The notes below the pieces were generated by a model, which saw only the letters and a list, made by a program, of their open reading frames with translations, did not search any database and was not told where the DNA came from. 64,000 nucleotides of DNA from Cetorhinus maximus (lineage: Eukaryota), in contig NC_135905.1 of NCBI RefSeq assembly GCF_964194155.1, positions 18,786,001-18,850,000 on the forward strand, written 5' to 3'. The position numbers and the translations under genes are program-made. The number at the start of each line of letters is the position of its first letter. Position 1 is the first letter of the stretch. This document shows positions 60,797 through 64,000 of this stretch, in pieces.

Positions 60797-61216
60797 TTAT
60801 TGTTCCATGGGATGTGGGTGTCACTGGGAAGGCCAGCATTTGTTGCCCATCCCTAATTGCCCTTGAACTAAGTGGCTTGCTGGGCCATTTCAGACGGCAG
60901 CTGAGAGTCAACTACATTGCTATGGGCCCGGAAGTCACACGTAGGCCAGACAGAGGTAAGGTCATTAGTGAACAAGGTGAGTTGACAATCGTTTCATGGC
61001 ACCATTACTGAGATTAGTTTTCAATTCCAGATTATAAAGTGAATGCAAATTCTACCATCTGCCATGGTGGGATTTGAATCCATGTCCCCAGGGCATTAGC
61101 CTGGACCTCTGGACTACCAACCACTCGTGACATTACCTCTCTGGGCTACCAGTCAAGTGACATTACCCCTCTGGGCTACCAGTCCAGTGACATCACCACT
61201 ACGCTACCATCTCCCC
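60797..61216 (-). mobile_element. Near full-length tRNA-derived SINE in a CHAT intron, sharing its 3' tail with the second LINE family
   Basis: Minus-strand head GGGGAGATGGTAGCGTAGTGG (A box) and GGATTCAAATCCC (B box), tail aagggcaattagggatgggcaacaaatgctggcc...cacatcccatgg. Confidence 0.85.
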
Positions 61217-61604
61217 TTAATATTGCAACCAATATTGGAGATATTGTGAACAATACCCGGAAATTTCAACTTGGGACCAATTTCTGGTGAAGCCTTCACT
61301 AGGAAACTTTTTCAAGAATTCATTGCTGATGTTAATCCAGAAATAGTTCCCAAAGGTAGTCTCTTTTGAAATGACTTCCCTGTTGTATATGGGGCAGAGT
61401 GTTCGGTACCTGGTGGAAATCTCCTTTCCGTGTTATTTCTTGCAGGAGTGACATGGGGCAGATGTAATAATGAGTTCACATTCTCCCCTATAGGAATTGG
61501 TGGACTTAAGGTTGTAACTAACATGAATTTGGTTAAAACAGTCTAATTTAGTACAAAGCTGGACATCGCTTCAGTGTTGAACCTACGAGCAACCGGTGTT
61601 GGAA

Positions 61605-61975
61605 TCATAGAAAGTTTACAGTACAAGATGAAGCCACTTGGCCCATCGTGTCTGCGCCAGCTGAAAATTGAGCCACCCAGCCTAATCCCACTTTCCAGCA
61701 TTTGGTCCATAGCCCTGCAGGTTCCGGCACTTCAGGTGCATATCCAGACACCTTTTAAATGAGTTGAGCGTTTCTGCCTCTACGACCCTTTCAGGCAGGG
61801 GTGGTAGGTGGACCTCTACCATCTTTTGGGTGAAAAGAAATTCCCCATTTCCCCTCTAATCCTTCCATCAATCACTTTAAATCTATGCCCCCTGGTCACT
61901 GACCTCTCTGCTAAAGTAAATGGGCTCTTCCCATCCGCTCTGTCCGGGTCCCTCACAATTTTGTACTTCTCAATA
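61605..61975 (-). mobile_element. CR1 LINE 3' fragment in a CHAT intron
   Basis: Reverse complement matches the 40700-40980 CR1 subfamily end. Confidence 0.78.
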
Positions 61976-62152
61976 AAATCAAGTTATCTGGTGAAATCTG
62001 CACTCTAATTGCTCCTATAATCACAGTTGGACACAATTCTCATGGATAATAAATGGTGCTTTTGGATTCTTCTTCACTTAGGTATATCTGATGATAACTG
62101 GGGAATTCTCATCCTGGTGCTATCATTACGAGTATTTTTTTTTCCTTTACAG

Positions 62153-62206
62153 GTTTGCTGCCCGTCTCATTTCTGGAATACTGGATTACAAAGTTGTAAT
62201 AGATGC
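62153..62206 (+). CDS. CHAT: CHAT coding exon 4
   Basis: ttcctttacag| FAARLISGILDYKVVID(A) |gtaagt, 54 bp. Confidence 0.93.
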
Positions 62207-62964
62207 GTAAGTTGTTACTATTTGGATGTCTAACATTGAATAGTATTAGTCACACCATTCAATACTGTAATCCCCTAACTCATTAACATGAGTGATTATG
62301 CCTTTTTGCCTTCCTTCGATCTCCAGCAAACCTAAGATTATTTAGTGAAACACATTCCTTGTTTAAAATGCCTTACCTTAATTTGGTAATGGTTCATCAA
62401 TGACGTTTATATTGAGTGAGAACAACAGACAAAATGTATGGAGTGGGTTTCCTTTTCTTCTAATGGGAAGCCAAGAGCAAGGTCTTTGTATAATGTATGG
62501 CTAGGGCCTGAAAGAAAAAGGTTTGCAATGATTAGGTGACTGGATGTCATTTTCAAAGTCTGAAGATTGTGGGGAATGACTGAAGGAACTATTGAGTTCC
62601 ACATCTTTAAGGCATTGCAAAAGAGTGAGATAGGATAGAGGAGAATGTCCAAGGTTTTGTTTTCAGCACGTTGGCAATGTACAAATTTGGAACTTAAAGG
62701 GGGCCAAAGATGCTTGCTGTCATATCTCAGAGGGGTTCTAACACCAGTTGTGCCAGCTCAGCCTTCTACAAACTATGGCAGTGAGCATTTGACAACAAAG
62801 ATCGCTGCATATCAACAAAAATCCTAATGTACAGAGCAGTTGTCATTATTGTCATTATTATGAGGGCGTGGAGACAGAGTTGGCTAAAGTGAAATGGGAT
62901 ATTCGGCTTAGGGGTACATCAGTAGAGATGCAGTGGTGCTCAGCATTGTACAATTATCAGCAGA

Positions 62965-63690
62965 CTACCACACTTCTGACCTTATGGTGGAGGGAAGGTC
63001 ATTGATGAAGTAGCTGAAGATGGTTGGGCCTAGGACACTACCCTGACGAACTCCCGCAGTGAGATCCTGAGACTGAGATGATTGGTTTCCAACAACCACA
63101 ACCATCTTCCTTTGTGTTAGGTATGACTACAACAAGTGGAGAATTTTGCCCCTGATTGCCATTGAATTCAGTTTGGCTAATGATCCTTGATGCCACACTT
63201 AGTCACATTCTGCCTTGTTGTCAAGGACAGTCACTTTCACATCGCCTCTTGAATTCAGATATTTTGACCATGTTTGGACCAAGGCTTTAATGAGGTTGGG
63301 AGCCAAGTGGCCCGAGCAGAACCCAAACTGAACATCAGTGAGCAGGTTATTGCTGTTTGATAGCACTGTTGATGATACATTCTATTACTGTTCTGATGTT
63401 TGAGAGTGGGCTAATAGAGTAGTAATGGCTTGATTAATTTGTCTTTTCTTTTGTGGGCAGGACATATCTGGGAAATTTTCCACATTGTTTGGTAGGTGTC
63501 ACTGGATAGCTCTATTGAAACAGTTTGACTTAGGGGCATGGCTCATTCTAGAACATCAGTTTTAGTACTACTGTTGAGATGTTGTCAGGGTCCACAACCT
63601 TTGCTGCATACAGTGCCTTCAGTCATTTCTTGATGTCACATGGAGTGAATTGATTGGTTGTGTGATGTTGGGTACCTCAGGAGGAGTTGG
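62965..63690 (-). mobile_element. LINE (second family) RT fragment in a CHAT intron
   Basis: Reverse complement of the GSVLGPTIFS..NDLP RT segment seen at 32385-32440. Confidence 0.8.
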
Positions 63691-63722
63691 AAACAACATT
63701 TACTTTCACATCTGTTTTCCAG

Positions 63723-63903
63723 CCGTGCTTTACCTGTTGAATATGCCCGTGGTCAACTGGCTGGACATCCCTTGTGTATGGAGCAGTACTACAGGCTCTT
63801 CTCATCCTACCGTCTCCCAGGTCACCAGAAAGACACTCTGGTGGTCCAGAAAAACAATGTCATGCCTGAACCAGAGCACGTTATAGTAGTTTGTCAGAAC
63901 CAG
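63723..63903 (+). CDS. CHAT: CHAT coding exon 5; gene continues past the window end
   Basis: tgttttccag| [39 protein letters not shown]...[13 protein letters not shown] |gtgaga, 181 bp. Confidence 0.96.
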
Positions 63904-64000
63904 GTGAGAAGGCATGTTTCAATTTCTACTGGATTGAGCACAGCTAAGTTAGAAATTGATGCCAAGCTGGCCTTATTTAGAGTGAACATTAGGAGGTAAA

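Noticed and set aside
61070-61216. tRNA gene
   Set aside because: A and B boxes belong to a SINE head with body and LINE-like tail; no cloverleaf. The same applies to tRNA-like heads near 6360, 8050, 18870 and 50820.

Overview
Vertebrate genomic DNA, almost certainly from a cartilaginous fish (shark-like). Evidence for this is a VAChT protein very close to my recollection of Torpedo VAChT, plus elasmobranch-type CR1 LINEs, DeuSINE-like SINEs and Harbinger elements. Spliced genes were reconstructed by hand from GT-AG sites and reading frames. In order: the 5' part of LRIT1 (minus strand, 2 coding exons), a complete 7-exon RGR photoisomerase opsin (plus strand, 295 aa, head-to-head with LRIT1), then a TE-rich interval of about 30 kb, then the cholinergic gene locus with intronless SLC18A3/VAChT (53161-54759) followed by the first five coding exons of CHAT, which runs off the window end. 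The TE-rich interval holds a decayed two-gene Harbinger transposon, MITEs and CR1/RTE/L2-group LINEs. Most short ORFs in the track are TE debris or antisense shadows. I see no clear wholly new biological system. The best leads are: a near-consensus REST/RE1 site with an adjacent half-site about 19 kb upstream of VAChT, next to a candidate homeodomain enhancer; a possible 3.8-kb cargo-carrying Harbinger-type insertion splitting a SINE in RGR intron 4; hammerhead-ribozyme relics; candidate non-coding CHAT leader exons; and unusual residues in VAChT and ChAT. All comparisons to other species are from memory and need database confirmation.
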